DNA of 64,000 bases, from NCBI RefSeq assembly GCF_000002075.1, contig NW_004797434.1, positions 832,509 to 896,508 of the forward strand. The letters run 5' to 3'. Source of the stretch: Aplysia californica (lineage: Eukaryota). This document shows, piece by piece, positions 1 through 11,942 of this stretch (position 1 is its first letter; each line of letters begins with the position of its first letter). The notes under the pieces are model-generated. The model saw nothing but the letters and a program-made list of their open reading frames with translations, ran no database searches and was not told the origin of the DNA. Both the position numbers and the translations under genes were made by a program.

Positions 1-318
1 AAACCAAATGATGTGATTAGTACGTAAAGGAGTCCCCGTGGCCGCTACCTAATTTTATAAAAGAACAATCAGGAAAAGACAAATGCAGTTGCCGGGACAC
101 TTGAATAGATTAAAGGTCTTGAACATCTAATTCTCACTGTCAAAATTGAAGGCAAACAACGCAGGGGTAAATCCAGATGCAACCTTCTAGGAGAGTCTAA
201 AAAGATGCGTGACGGGGGAAAGATCAGGATAATGTAGCTTTTTTAAGAGAGCATCCGAACAAAGGAATAAATGGAGAACCATAACCACCCATGTCTGTCA
301 CAGATCTGGCATTTGATG
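1..318 (+). mobile_element. RTE-clade LINE 3' fragment (degraded ORF C-terminus)
   Basis: Translates to TIRKRQMQLPGHLNRLKGLEHLILTVKIEGKQRRGKSR and, after disruption, RNKWRTITTHVC; matches the typical RTE C-terminal motif IRKRQ..FGH..R..GLE....GKIEGKR.RGR. Confidence 0.65.
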
Positions 319-654
319 GCTATAAACACCGCTAGCAACACTGTAAGGGTATTTATTTAAGAAGCGGAACTTCCAAATGTAACGTCCATCTCTGATAGGA
401 CTGAGCCAAATGGAGAAGCATATCATGAAAAGTACCTTTCCCAAGGACACAGCATCGGACCAGGCTGGGCCTCGAACCCCCTAAGACTGCAACTTCAGAA
501 TTGTATACCAGCCTGTTATCCTTCAAGCATCAATTTAATTCAACAGCATGAATAGTAGAGATCACAACTTATAAAGAATGTAAACCTACGCGTGAGCCTA
601 CTGAAGATCAGCATACCTTTCAATTGACTTATGATGAGTATTTTAATGTAGGTG

Positions 655-890
655 TTTTACTCCCCCACCGGCTCAATTTAAATAATTTAGGAGGCATGCT
701 CCCGGCCCTGCCTGTCAGGGCCAGCCTGGGCTGAGAAAGATACAACATCCCAGCAAAAAAACTGAGATACTCGATAAAACGATACAAATTTAACGATTCA
801 ACTATACAAATGTCTCTCCACTAGGGAATCAAACTCGGGTCTCCTGCAGCAAAGTCAGTTAGTGCCTAACCGCTGCACCACAGACGCCGG
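655..890 (-). mobile_element. tRNA-derived SINE family A (related copies ~2225-2435 -, ~12440-12640 +, ~59470-59680 +, ~62420-62600 +)
   Basis: A/B-box head on the minus strand; body GCCCTGCCTGTCAGGGCCAGCCTGGGCTGAGAAAGATACAACATCC recurs at ~2277-2325. Confidence 0.7.
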
Positions 891-1676
891 TTAGATGAGT
901 GTGCTGTGTGCATTGACTTGAACAGCTGCAAATTGGGAGGCATGATACTTCCACTCTCCTACTTTCAAGTGACGAATAATTTATTACTAGATCTTGATAG
1001 CTTCATTTAATTTTCTAAAAACCCCAAAAAACCAACACAACACCCCACCCACCACACACATATACACACACATTAAAACAAACCCCCCAAAAACACGTAT
1101 AATGACGTCCAGCACTGACCAGTGCCATAGCGTTTGTTCCGTTGACACAGTTCTTGGTGAGCTCCGGGTGAGTACAGACTGGACACGAGTCCAGCGTACT
1201 GACCAGTCTCTCCCCACACACAGGCTTCATCCAGCTTTTGGCGGGAGCGAAGGTCACGTCTGTGGGGTTGGCCTTCATGTAGTCCAGTAGACTGGACAAT
1301 TGGAAGTTGAACTCTGCCCTCTTCTTCCGGCTCATCGAGATGTTCATCTGTACACAAGGTTGTTTGTTTTTTGTTGTTGTTGTTTTTTTGTTGCTTGTTT
1401 GTTCATTGTTCTTTTCGTTGTTTTGTTGTTGTTGTTGGGGGGTGGGGGGTTTTTTTTTTGGGTTTTTTTATATCATGTTACTGTCTTTTAACATNNNNNN
1501 NNNNNNNNNNNNNNNNNNNNNNNNNNNNNNNNNNNNNNNNNNNNNNNNNNNNNNNNNNNNNNNNNNNNNNNNNNNNNNNNNNNNNNNNNNNNNNACCCCC
1601 CCCCCCAAATCATATTCCAGAGCTAATCTACAGTTACAGTGACTTTCTTTTCATGTCAACTTGATCTTTGCTTCAG

Positions 1677-1771
1677 GACTGGTTTGACCAGATTGATAAA
1701 AATGACGATGATAAGTTAACCTTCGACGAGTACTGGTCAGCGTTGAACAAGAGAGACCCAGCTGACGTCAC
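1677..1771 (+). CDS. EF-hand gene, penultimate exon
   Basis: cttcag|GAC...GTCAC|gtaagt; EF loop DKNDDDKLTFDE. Confidence 0.88.
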
Positions 1772-3319
1772 GTAAGTTTCTTGAATGTCGAGCAATTTTG
1801 AAATTCCGATTTTAGTAACTAAAGTAAGTGTCTGCTATTGTTAGAGTAAAGAGAAGCACGCGAAATAACGGTCATTTAATGCAGGAAAATGCAAGACAGA
1901 CAGACAACCAGACAGAAAGACAGACAGACGGATGGACAGACAGATAGACAGACAGACAGACAGACAGAAAGACAACAGACGGATGGACAGACAGATAGAC
2001 AGACAGACATACAGAAAGACAGACAGGCAGGCAGGCAGAAATAACTGAGGGAAAGAAAAGAAGTAAGGCCTACCATTGGCGCCCTCCAATTACCCACAGC
2101 TGCGAGCCGTTTTAATATAATACGAGTATAACTGAAAACACATCCAAGAACTCGTTGGAGATTCAGTGCAGGTAACATTCGAAACAGGTTTGTCCGGTCT
2201 TTTTTTTTTTTTATTAAACAAAGGAGTTTTTACGCCCCCATCGACGCGATTTAGAGGGTTTAAGAGACAGGCTTCCGCCCCTGCCTGTCGGGGCCAACCC
2301 AGGCTGAGAAGGATACAACATCCGAGCAGAAAGACTGAAATACTCTATAAAATTATGTTTCTTTCTATTCGGGAAGCGAACTCCGGTCTCCGGCGTACGA
2401 AAGCAGAGCGCTTTACCCTACACCACAAACGCCGGTTTGTAAGGTCTTTATAGCAACACTGTTTGTAACATGCAGAAACAACTAAACCCAAACTCTTCTT
2501 TGATGAATAATGTTATCTAAACCCAAACCCTTCTTTGATAAACAATGTTATGTCACTGCCAACCCAACAGAACTATTGCAGATCTAATGCTCTATTTGGA
2601 TTAAAGAATATCTTTCAGAAAGAGCAGCTTGTAAACGGCTTGTTTCCATTAGCTCTTTAAAGACACATTTAATTTGACACATCTGTGCGACCAGCAGCAA
2701 ATCAAATGCAATGTTATGTTATGGTACATTTTGACACGTCATACGCGAATCAGAAACAACAATTTGCACATTTAGATTTCATAGTATGCGTGTTGTGGCC
2801 TGTCTTTTCGGGTTCCAGATAAAGATTACAATTTACATAAGTGAAAGATCTGTGTGAATACGACGTTGTGCTTATTTCTTAACGCGCCCTAAAAACGAAG
2901 CGTTATCAAGTGTTGCGAATGAACAGAAAGAATGCTCGTATTCAATGAGAATACATTTTATCTATCTATCTGTATCTATTTATCTACCCGTCAATCCATC
3001 TATCTTTATCTATCTATCTATCTAAATGTATATATTATCATGCTGTGTTTCTTACAACAATCTATTGGGCCTACCACAATATAATTTAAATAGTACCGAG
3101 TTTCTGGCTCCTTTCAGAGAGAGTCAGCTCCGCGCCACTTTCCAGGACTTTGACTCGGACAACTCTGGCTACATCGGTCTGGAGGAGGTGCGCACCATCC
3201 TGGAAGGGGCGGGGGAGGACCCCAGCCTCGCTGACCAGGTACTGGACGCAGTGGACACCAATGACGACGGCAAGATCAACGCAGAAGAATTCCTCAGAGC
3301 TTGGAAACAGACCAAGTAG
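1677..3319 (+). CDS. Calmodulin-like EF-hand Ca2+-binding protein, 3' part (exons 1677-1771 and 3118-3319; 5' exons not seen, presumably upstream of the window)
   Basis: Spliced in phase 2: DWFDQIDKNDDDKLTFDEYWSALNKRDPADVT/ESQLRATFQDFDSDNSGYIGLEEVRTILEGAGEDPSLADQVLDAVDTNDDGKINAEEFLRAWKQTK*; three EF loops; canonical AG/GT boundaries. Confidence 0.9.
1838..2100 (-). mobile_element. Short non-autonomous retroposon family C with internal (GACA)n expansion (copies ~10655-10800, ~23375-23512, ~26205-26270)
   Basis: Four copies share GAGTAAAGAGAAGCAC...GGTCATTT; three also share CTACCAGTGGCGC...CCACCC. Confidence 0.6.
3118..3319 (+). CDS. EF-hand gene, last coding exon
   Basis: ctttcag acceptor; loops DSDNSGYIGLEE and DTNDDGKINAEE; TAG stop. 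Confidence 0.92.
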
Positions 3320-3539
3320 AGATATCATGAACTTTGTCATAATACTTACGTATTAATTCTATCTTAGATGTAACGGCTACAATCATATACATGTACTTTA
3401 TGAGTATTTAATAACACGCACATATCCCAGGTACATTTTAAGAAAGGTGTAAGTGCTAAATTTCTGTTTTAGTGGAAAATATTATTATTATAAAGCAACA
3501 AACAAACCCCAAAACACCCGATTCATTATTATGACGTCC

Positions 3540-3800
3540 TTTCTTTTTCTTATTCAAGTTCATTTTTGATAAATGGACATCACAGTCTCTAGTGCAGAGG
3601 TTATATTCGCTGTAGGAGGTACTCCGGGCTCTTGTAGTCTTCAGAGTCCTTGAGCAGGACTGGGCCAGTACTTTCTCACCTTTGCATGCATTGGGCCGGC
3701 TTGGAGTACGATATATGAATTTTTGTTTGGCTGCCAGTTCCGCATGGGCACCACTCAGAGTTTCTGATTTTATTCTTAAGCTGGGCGTCCTTTCTTTAGA
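3540..3800 (-). mobile_element. Degraded I-group (Ingi-like) LINE 3' fragment
   Basis: Minus strand reads WCPCGTGSQT, then after a frameshift IVLQAGPMHAKVRKYWPSP, resembling the C-terminal CCHC region CPCG..QT..HIL..CP. Confidence 0.45.
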
Positions 3801-5678
3801 AAGGAAAGTATAACATAATATGATAACAAGTTCTTTCTTTGTGCGTTTCGGTCATCGGATGAGACGAGGACAAAATATACGGCAGACATATGAATGATAT
3901 TACTATACAATCATGAAACTCAAAAGGCTGCTTATTTCTCAAAACGTGGAATCCTGGGTTCTTGAACAAAACCACCAAGATATAGGGCCCCAAACAAACT
4001 TACGCCTTTCGTTTTTGCAAGCAATCTAAGCATTAAGATTCCATGCTGAGTTCTAAGATGCCCGCAGCTTATCCTCTTGCTTTTCCTATAGACGCATATC
4101 TTCTCTCTGGAGATTTGAAGAAAAAAAATTCTCGAAGTCACGCTGATGACGGTTAAGGTTTATTCCAATCTTAACTGTATGCAGACTCTAGCGTCATCTG
4201 CATCGGTGGTTTGATCATGTCGGTCTATCGTTGTTCATAATCGTGGCAACGTTTCAGTTTGTGAAGGTCTGATACTCTCACAAGAAGTACGTAATTGTAC
4301 TAAATCAACTGTGATAAAAGTGAAATTAAGATTACGACCAAAACAATGTTTACATTTTGTAAGTTCAGATATATATATATATAATTCTTTTCGCATGTAC
4401 ATGTATAATGTATTTATTGACTCCAATGNNNNNNNNNNNNNNNNNNNNNNNNNNNNNNNNNNNNNNNNNNNNNNNNNNNNNNNNNNNNNNNNNNNNNNNN
4501 NNNNNNNNNNNNNNNNNNNNNNNNNNNNNNNNNNNNNNNNNNNNNNNNNNNNNNNNNNNNNNNNNNNNNNNNNNNNNNNNNNNNNNNNNNNNNNNNNNNN
4601 NNNNNNNNNNNNNNNNNNNNNNNNNNNNNNNNNNNNNNNNNNNNNNNNNNNNNNNNNNNNNNNNNNNNNNNNNNNNNNNNNNNNNNNNNNNNNNNNNNNN
4701 NNNNNNNNNNNNNNNNNNNNNNNNNNNNNNNNNNNNNNNNNNNNNNNNNNNNNNNNNNNNNNNNNNNNNNNNNNNNNNNNNNNNNNNNNNNNNNNNNNNN
4801 NNNNNNNNNNNNNNNNNNNNNNNNNNNNNNNNNNNNNNNNNNNNNNNNNNNNNNNNNNNNNNNNNNNNNNNNNNNNNNNNNNNNNNNNNNNNNNNNNNNN
4901 NNNNNNNNNNNNNNNNNNNNNNNNNNNNNNNNNNNNNNNNNNNNNNNNNNNNNNNNNNNNNNNNNNNNNNNNNNNNNNNNNNNNNNNNNNNNNNNNNNNN
5001 NNNNNNNNNNNNNNNNNNNNNNNNNNNNNNNNNNNNNNNNNNNNNNNNNNNNNNNNNNNNNNNNNNNNNNNNNNNNNNNNNNNNNNNNNNNNNNNNNNNN
5101 NNNNNNNNNNNNNNNNNNNNNNNNNNNNNNNNNNNNNNNNNNNNNNNNNNNNNNNNNNNNNNNNNNNNNNNNNNNNNNNNNNNNNNNNNNNNNNNNNNNN
5201 NNNNNNNNNNNNNNNNNNNNNNNNNNNNNNNNNNNNNNNNNNNNNNNNNNNNNNNNNNNNNNNNNNNNNNNNNNNNNNNNNNNNNNNNNNNNNNNNNNNN
5301 NNNNNNNNNNNNNNNNNNNNNNNNNNNNNNNNNNNNNNNNNNNNNNCAAAACCACCCACCCAAAAAAAAACAAAAAAAAAACAAAACAACCCAGCACAAG
5401 CAAGTAAAAAGTCTGTCAAAAAATATCAAAATTTATTTCCATTATACACAAATCATCTTTCATTGCGTAAGTTGCTTCTAAAACAAAAATTTGAACATTA
5501 TGGCATACACATTTTGAACACTTGCACTATTTTTAAAGCACACCCCCCACCCCCACCCCCCCCGTGATGCAGTAACAAAATGTAGAGACCAAGGGCCACT
5601 TTTAGGAACTGCTAGAAGACTCTGATACCTGCTGAAAATGCTGTGAATGTATTAGGTTTTCAGCTGCATTAAGACAAT

Positions 5679-5936
5679 TTAACCCTATTCGTACGTCGTG
5701 TTTTATTATCGTATCCATACAACGTGGGGAACTCTGTGCCACCACTTTCAAAGAGAAAATTTACTCGTTAATCCGATCTGTACGCTTTGCATGGCAGTCT
5801 GTCAAAATGATTTTTTGAGAAATACTGAAAGTCTCAAAGAGATCCTTCGTACTTAGAAGTACAAAATGTATTCTAAAATGTGAAGAATACAACCCCGGGG
5901 GTACAAAATGACCCCAGGGCATACGGATAGGGTTAA
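5679..5936. mobile_element. piggyBac-type MITE, copy 1
   Basis: TTAA at both ends; TIR CCCTAT(T/C)CGTA; full-length reverse-orientation copy at 54361-54645. Confidence 0.85.
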
Positions 5937-6095
5937 GCATAATTTAGAGGGCTGGCTGTTTCAAACATATCAGTGCCCACTGGTGGCGGGAGGGATACAT
6001 AAAAACAAACACTGAGACATTCATGTCTTCCCTGCATGGGAATCAACCTCACTTCCTTTCAATCTTTGTCTGCAAGGTGAAGATTATAACTGTTA

Positions 6096-6255
6096 GGCCC
6101 TGTGCACGCAAGAAGAAGAATTTCCACTCCTCATCGCACGGCTGTGAAGTATGACGTCACTTGGCAGTGAAGAGAGGTGGAACAGGCGGAAACTGTCTCA
6201 ATTGCATTCTCGCAGCAGTGCAACAGGTGAAAATTTTCCCAATGTGCACAGGGCT
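6096..6255. mobile_element. PIF/Harbinger-type MITE
   Basis: TIR GGCCCTGTGCAC...GTGCACAGGGCT flanked by 3-bp TTA duplication. Confidence 0.65.
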
Positions 6256-6668
6256 TTAAATGACAGATGCTCAGATACCAGTGGAAGAATAAAGATTGCG
6301 TAGTCCTTTCAAGAAAAGAAAATGACACAGAGTTCTATCCATTACTAAGTATGGGAATTTGAGTTTGAGATTGAGTATGTTTTATGGCACTCTTGACACA
6401 ATTGTGGTCATGTAAGCACCACAAGCAGATTTTTTATCATCAAACCGGCTTGTTATTTACTAAAATGAGGGACAGTCATTTATAAAATTTGCAGTCAATA
6501 TGGTAAACATTCTCAGTAAATATGGCCAAAAATTCTCATTCACAATTTTATAACAATATATAATACATATATAAATATCATCAAAACTTATATATATTTT
6601 TTAAGGGAAGTACTTCAGATAATAATACCAACAATCAAAACAATTATAATGATTATAATACTACTAAT

Positions 6669-6822
6669 ACAGTCTAGCACACACATAGTGAAATTGGCAG
6701 AAAGCAGAAATCTCTTTATCTACGAATTTAGCTAGTAAATGCATGTCTTCAATACAACGAATATACAAGTATCAGAAAAAAATTCAGGACCTAAAAATCT
6801 GTTCTCTATGTGCTAGACTGTA
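6669..6822. mobile_element. Small TA-flanked MITE (Tc1/mariner-like)
   Basis: TA-CAGTCTAGCACA...TGTGCTAGACTG-TA inverted ends. Confidence 0.55.
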
Positions 6823-8138
6823 TTACTACTACTACTACTACTACTAATCATCAGCATCATTGCAGCACATATCCCTTCTTGAAAGTAGCCTCAATGTCCT
6901 TTACAATTTACTATCACGACAGAACCTGACACACTCTAAAACATTATGACCTTCCTAGGTAGCACAATACTCAATTTCCCTAGGTAGAGAGAAACTCTCT
7001 TAGCCTTACTGAATGCAATTTGTCCAAAAAGTAAAACCATACGTAAGGAAACATACACTTTTTGGAATTCATACATAATATATCAAAACAATTTTCACTT
7101 TAAAAAGTTTTTTTTTAAATTAAAAAAAACCCCAAACCTTTGCAGCCCAAGAAACACATTTAAAATTTCACCGAGTTTCATCAACCATTCAGCTATCACA
7201 TAGAGCGGCTTCCTTTGATTATTTACTTCAGTGCAGTGGCTCTTTTCCCGGTTTAAATATGTTCAGTGTGCCTGGTCGAGTCGGCCACTAAAGTTGCCAT
7301 CAGTAATGACCTCATACTACTACGCCTTTGCGAATAAAGTCAGCGATGGTACTAAAAATGTTATGGAGCACAACCAACCTCACTCAAACAAAAGGGGAGG
7401 AGGTTTAAACAGAAAAACACTATCTGATCAAATGAACCATCTGTATTAAGTATACATGTATCTATTTAAATATTTCTTCAATGAAAAAACATCTGTAAAA
7501 TATATCTACAATAAAAATGTAGAGAAAAATGGAGTACGTAGAGAAAAATAGAGTATAGAGGGCACTGCTGCAAGCTACAATGAACAAAAAGCAATACACT
7601 ATTGGGTGTAAGTTTAAAAGAAAAATGAAGAGTGAAGTGCAACTCAACATCGTGTATACCAAACATGAAAAGTTGTTCATGGAGTAAAAATGTAGTTAAT
7701 GTAGTAAAAATATAGCTCAAAGTAAAAATGAAAACTTGTCAGAATAAATTCTTTTAAAGTATATAAATATGTCAGTCTACTGTGTTCAAACATTATATTA
7801 GAAAATTGTATCTAAAAATCAAAGTTTTTCTTGTTTACTTTTCAGCAACTTTTCCAGTTTGTAAGGACAAAGAAGAATGAGTCTGTTTCCTTTTGTAATC
7901 TTTTTTTACTAATATCACACTTCTTTCAAAAAGGACCATGAAGATGCACATTTGAAAGAGCAAGCATGTTTACGCATATGTAACATATGCACAAGTAATC
8001 AAACATGCAAGTCACAGAATTACCTACACACATATTTACATAAAGCTGAAGCACTCACCACTAAATAGAATAAGCATATCAACACCCAAAAGATACTGGC
8101 ATACTGTTTATGCACAAACACAACACACACACACAGAC

Positions 8139-8171
<33 letters not shown>

Positions 8172-8429
8172 GACATACATAAACACACAAACACAGACAA
8201 GGACTCAACTTTACTGAACACTCTCATCCACATAAACAGATTCTTTTTAAAAATCAAAGCGTTTTGATAGCTTCATATGAAAGAAAATTAAGTTGTTAGT
8301 TTCAAAAGCAATACACAGCTTGACATGCCCCTGCCATATCACAGATTTTTGGTCTCTCCTAATCCAACTACAAAACCAAAAAATTTGGTAACCAACAAGT
8401 GACTACATTGCTGTCCCTGATTACTATAA

Positions 8430-8648
8430 GTGTAAGTGTATGGGTTTAATGCCTCTATCAAGACAATTAACTTATTTAAGAGGCAGGACCTCCAAATTTA
8501 ACGCCTTTCTCCAATAGGACCGAGCAAAATGGGTTGAGAGCCTTGAAATCTACACAAAACGACCCGAGTTCAAGAATGCACGGTCTGGGATTCAAACCAG
8601 GGCACTCCACTCTGTAGTCCAGCATGATACCAACTAAGCTCACGGAGC
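8430..8648 (-). mobile_element. tRNA-derived SINE
   Basis: Minus-strand head TAGTTGGTATCATGCTGGACTACAGA...GGTTTGAATCCC; core shared with ~380-415; related head at ~26070-26130. Confidence 0.55.
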
Positions 8649-8847
8649 ATGCTGTTCCTTGTTAGACATAAAAGAAATTTACATTGAACAGGTAAAGGAC
8701 AAAAAAAAAAAAGGTTAAAAGGATGTGGTCTAATCAGTGGCTGAGAAATGAGTGCCGAGACTATGAATAAACAAGAGACATTGCAAGTTCTATTTTTCTC
8801 TTCATATTGAAATTCTTTTTTGAAAGTAATGATACACAATTTAAATC

Positions 8848-8878
<31 letters not shown>

Positions 8879-11600
8879 CAACATGTCTTTTTACTGTTCC
8901 TTTAGAGCCACATAAAATTTCCCTCAAAGACAAAAAGTATTATCTTATTTTATCACATCGTATACTATAATCAGGAGGTTTCTAATTTCTAACACCAATC
9001 CCTATCTGTTCCACTTTTCTGACTGCTACATTTCATTTGTCTGAGAAACATGAAAGACTGCGTCTAGCTGGAACTTGTTGCTGTCATGAATTGATCCCAC
9101 AGCTTCTGAATGCAATGTGAAAAAAAGCCTGCCTCTTAGATCACAGACAACAGTCCTAAAAAACCTCCAAAAATAAATTAACCAAAAAAAAAAAAAAAGC
9201 CCAGGCCCTGACTAATATGGGTCTGAGATACACTCCACCTCCCTCCTACAATGACAAATGAACAGAATGGTGATTGTAATACCCAGTGCCCATTGGCATG
9301 ATCGGTTCAGTTCAGTTTGCTAGCCAGATTGAGGCCCGAAGTGGCTATTGTGGCACAAACCGATAGCCCGACTCGTCACCTCAAAAACAAACGCGCTTGT
9401 TCTCAGGTGACAGTCAGGCAATAGGTTTGCCAATCCAATACACGATCAGCCTAGAACTATCTTTCCTTGCAAAGAAAAGATATGCAAGTTGCAAAACTTA
9501 AACACTTCAGGTCCCTCACGTGTACATTTTTTCCCCTCTATGATCTAAGCTAAAAATATGGACATTATCTTTTCAAGTGGTGTAAAGACATTTCACTATA
9601 GATCAAAGTTGGCATAAAAAAATGGCACCAGACCCCGAAAAATGATAAAGATACCTTTTTTCGAGACATTCTCGAAGACAATGTGACAAGTTAAATATCT
9701 AAAAAATTCACAGAGCACCAGTGTTTACTGCCAGAAGCTACATATCCAACAATCATATGAGCCATATTGCTTGAAATGAAAGCAAGAATTTGGCAACTTT
9801 GCCTGAGCTCAAACAACAATAACATCTTTTAATGAAAGGGAGTAAGGCCTACAGATTCAATTGTCACTTTCAGTAGAGATCAATAACAGACTGATGTTTT
9901 GAATAGTGCAAATGATCATTTGGACCATTCAAAACATAAGTCAATAGCCAAAGACAGATTGTACAGACTCGACGGTACATCAATGTCCCAAGCAGTCATC
10001 AGCACAGAACTAATAAGTTATCTATTCAGATATTTATAAATTCTCAGCATTATTCATATCAAGGCATGCTTCTTCAATCAAGTACATGAAAGTCGGACAA
10101 TAGAAAAAAAAGTTTCCCATTTGTTTCATCTTACCCAAAAAGTCAGAATCTGAGAAATACTAAGGAATGTATTTATTTTGGCAGGCTACAGGAAAGTGAC
10201 ACACTTCAGCGGTCAGCTGTTCAGATGTGCTAAGCTCAAAATTTGGAAAATTTAAGAAATTAGTTTCTCAATTTTGAAGTATAGATTGCATGTGCTCGAG
10301 AAATCATTTGTCAAAATTCAAATTCCAATGACCTAAAAGGGCATGAAAAGATACACAAAAAGGCAGTTTGTTGAAAATAATGAAACATAATAAGAACCTT
10401 GTTTTTTGTGGGGGGGGGGTTTTCTTTCAGTAATGGCTTTTTCATGAGTTTTTGACCACAAAGCTACATGGCGCTAAGAGACTCGTGGGTCTTTGCTCAA
10501 TGGACTGTAGATCCGCAATGAGAAAAAGGATGGCTTTACTCATCTCTTATCATGGCACAAAGAATACTATGAATCTTTCAAAACAGCCTACAGCACTTTA
10601 AAAAACAAATGACTGTAAATATATCACGCTCACAATAACACAGTTTAGATCTTGTTTGTTCGAGTAAAGAGAAGCACATAGTCACAATAATGGTCATTTC
10701 GTACTAGGAAAAAGTAAGATGGAAGATGGACAAACACAGACATCAGCGGTAAAGTAAAAAAGTAGGATCTACCAGTGGCGCTCTCCACCCACCCGCACAC
10801 ACAATTTAGATCATCTAGGAAGCAAGAACCAGCCTGTCACGGCCAACCCAGGGCCTGTGGGGAGGTGTATCTCAACAAAAAGAGGGAGATACCTCCCCAC
10901 TTGACAATCGAATCTTATCCTTTGTGTGTAAGATGAAGAGCCTAACCAGTGCACTAGAGGAAACCATCTTGTTGGAATCTGCTGATAGCACATGCCAAAT
11001 AAAAGTGAGTGTGAAAATACTACAGTTGAATCAACATTAACGTTCAATTCAAACTGAGAGATAAATTCAGAATTGAGACATTCTTATGATACTCTTTATA
11101 AGGTGATTTTTTCGTAAAGTTCATCTTAATGTTCAAAACATAAAAATAGTGCAGTCTGAGCTTTCCAAAAAGACACTGAGAAAAAAGCATTTAAATAGTC
11201 CTGGGTGAGGCACTTTGTAAAAATAGTGTTTTGAGTTACTGTGGGCTTGCACTGTTTACTTTGCAGAAGATTTCATGGCACCTTTGATGTGCTTTTCATT
11301 GCCACCACCATTCTGCGATCTATACAAGAAATTTCACACCTTTTAAAAAGGTTTTGATCTTTGGTAGGTAACATCTCTTTACACTTCCATTTCACTTTTA
11401 GGAAAAACGTAGGTAAAAAAAGAAAAGAAGGCTCAAAATCATGAAATCTACATTAAACAGTCATAAAAACACAGTACCAGTATGCATTTCATACATTTCA
11501 AAACTGAACTTTTCACTAAAGCTTTTTCCTTAACCATACAATGTTAATACACTTTAACTGTACAAAAAATGTGTAGCTTTTTCATCAAAACAAACAATAA

Positions 11601-11793
11601 TACAGTATAACATGGATAAGTCGAACGCAGAAGACTCGAAATCACACATCCGTTGAATTGTGCCTGCGGTCCCGCTTTTTCTTCTTCTTTATATTTGTAA
11701 GATATCCCTTGAACTATGGATTTCTCAAACTATGGATCCCTCGAACTACTGAAGCTGGTCCCGATGAATTCAAGCTATCCGTATTATACTGTA
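11601..11793. mobile_element. Tc1/pogo-type MITE, ~50 bp downstream of the ankyrin-gene stop codon
   Basis: TA-CAGTATAACATGGATA...TATCCGTATTATACTG-TA. Confidence 0.65.
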
Positions 11794-11844
11794 CAAATAA
11801 ATGGACAAAGGAGTAAGATATAGAACGAGATGTCCATGGGTTCA

Positions 11845-11942
11845 CTACTTCGGGTCAGGAATAGCGGCTTGCATCTCACTGAGCATTTGCTGAATCTCAT
11901 CAAAGGCAGAACTGATGTCGTTCTCAGATCTCACTTCAGGAC
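11845..11942 (-). CDS. ANK gene last coding exon (acidic helical tail)
   Basis: RPEVRSENDISSAFDEIQQMLSEMQAAIPDPK*; ttttccag acceptor. Confidence 0.85.

Noticed and set aside
4245-4290. Penelope/hammerhead-like GAAACG motifs (also ~3845 and ~51460)
   Set aside because: A CTGANGA core with matching helices could not be assembled; at most degraded relics
4235-5567. Long ORFs of 300-400 aa in the track (also around 16000, 29000, 35000, 44100, 47400, 51700)
   Set aside because: They are open only because N-runs contain no stop codons
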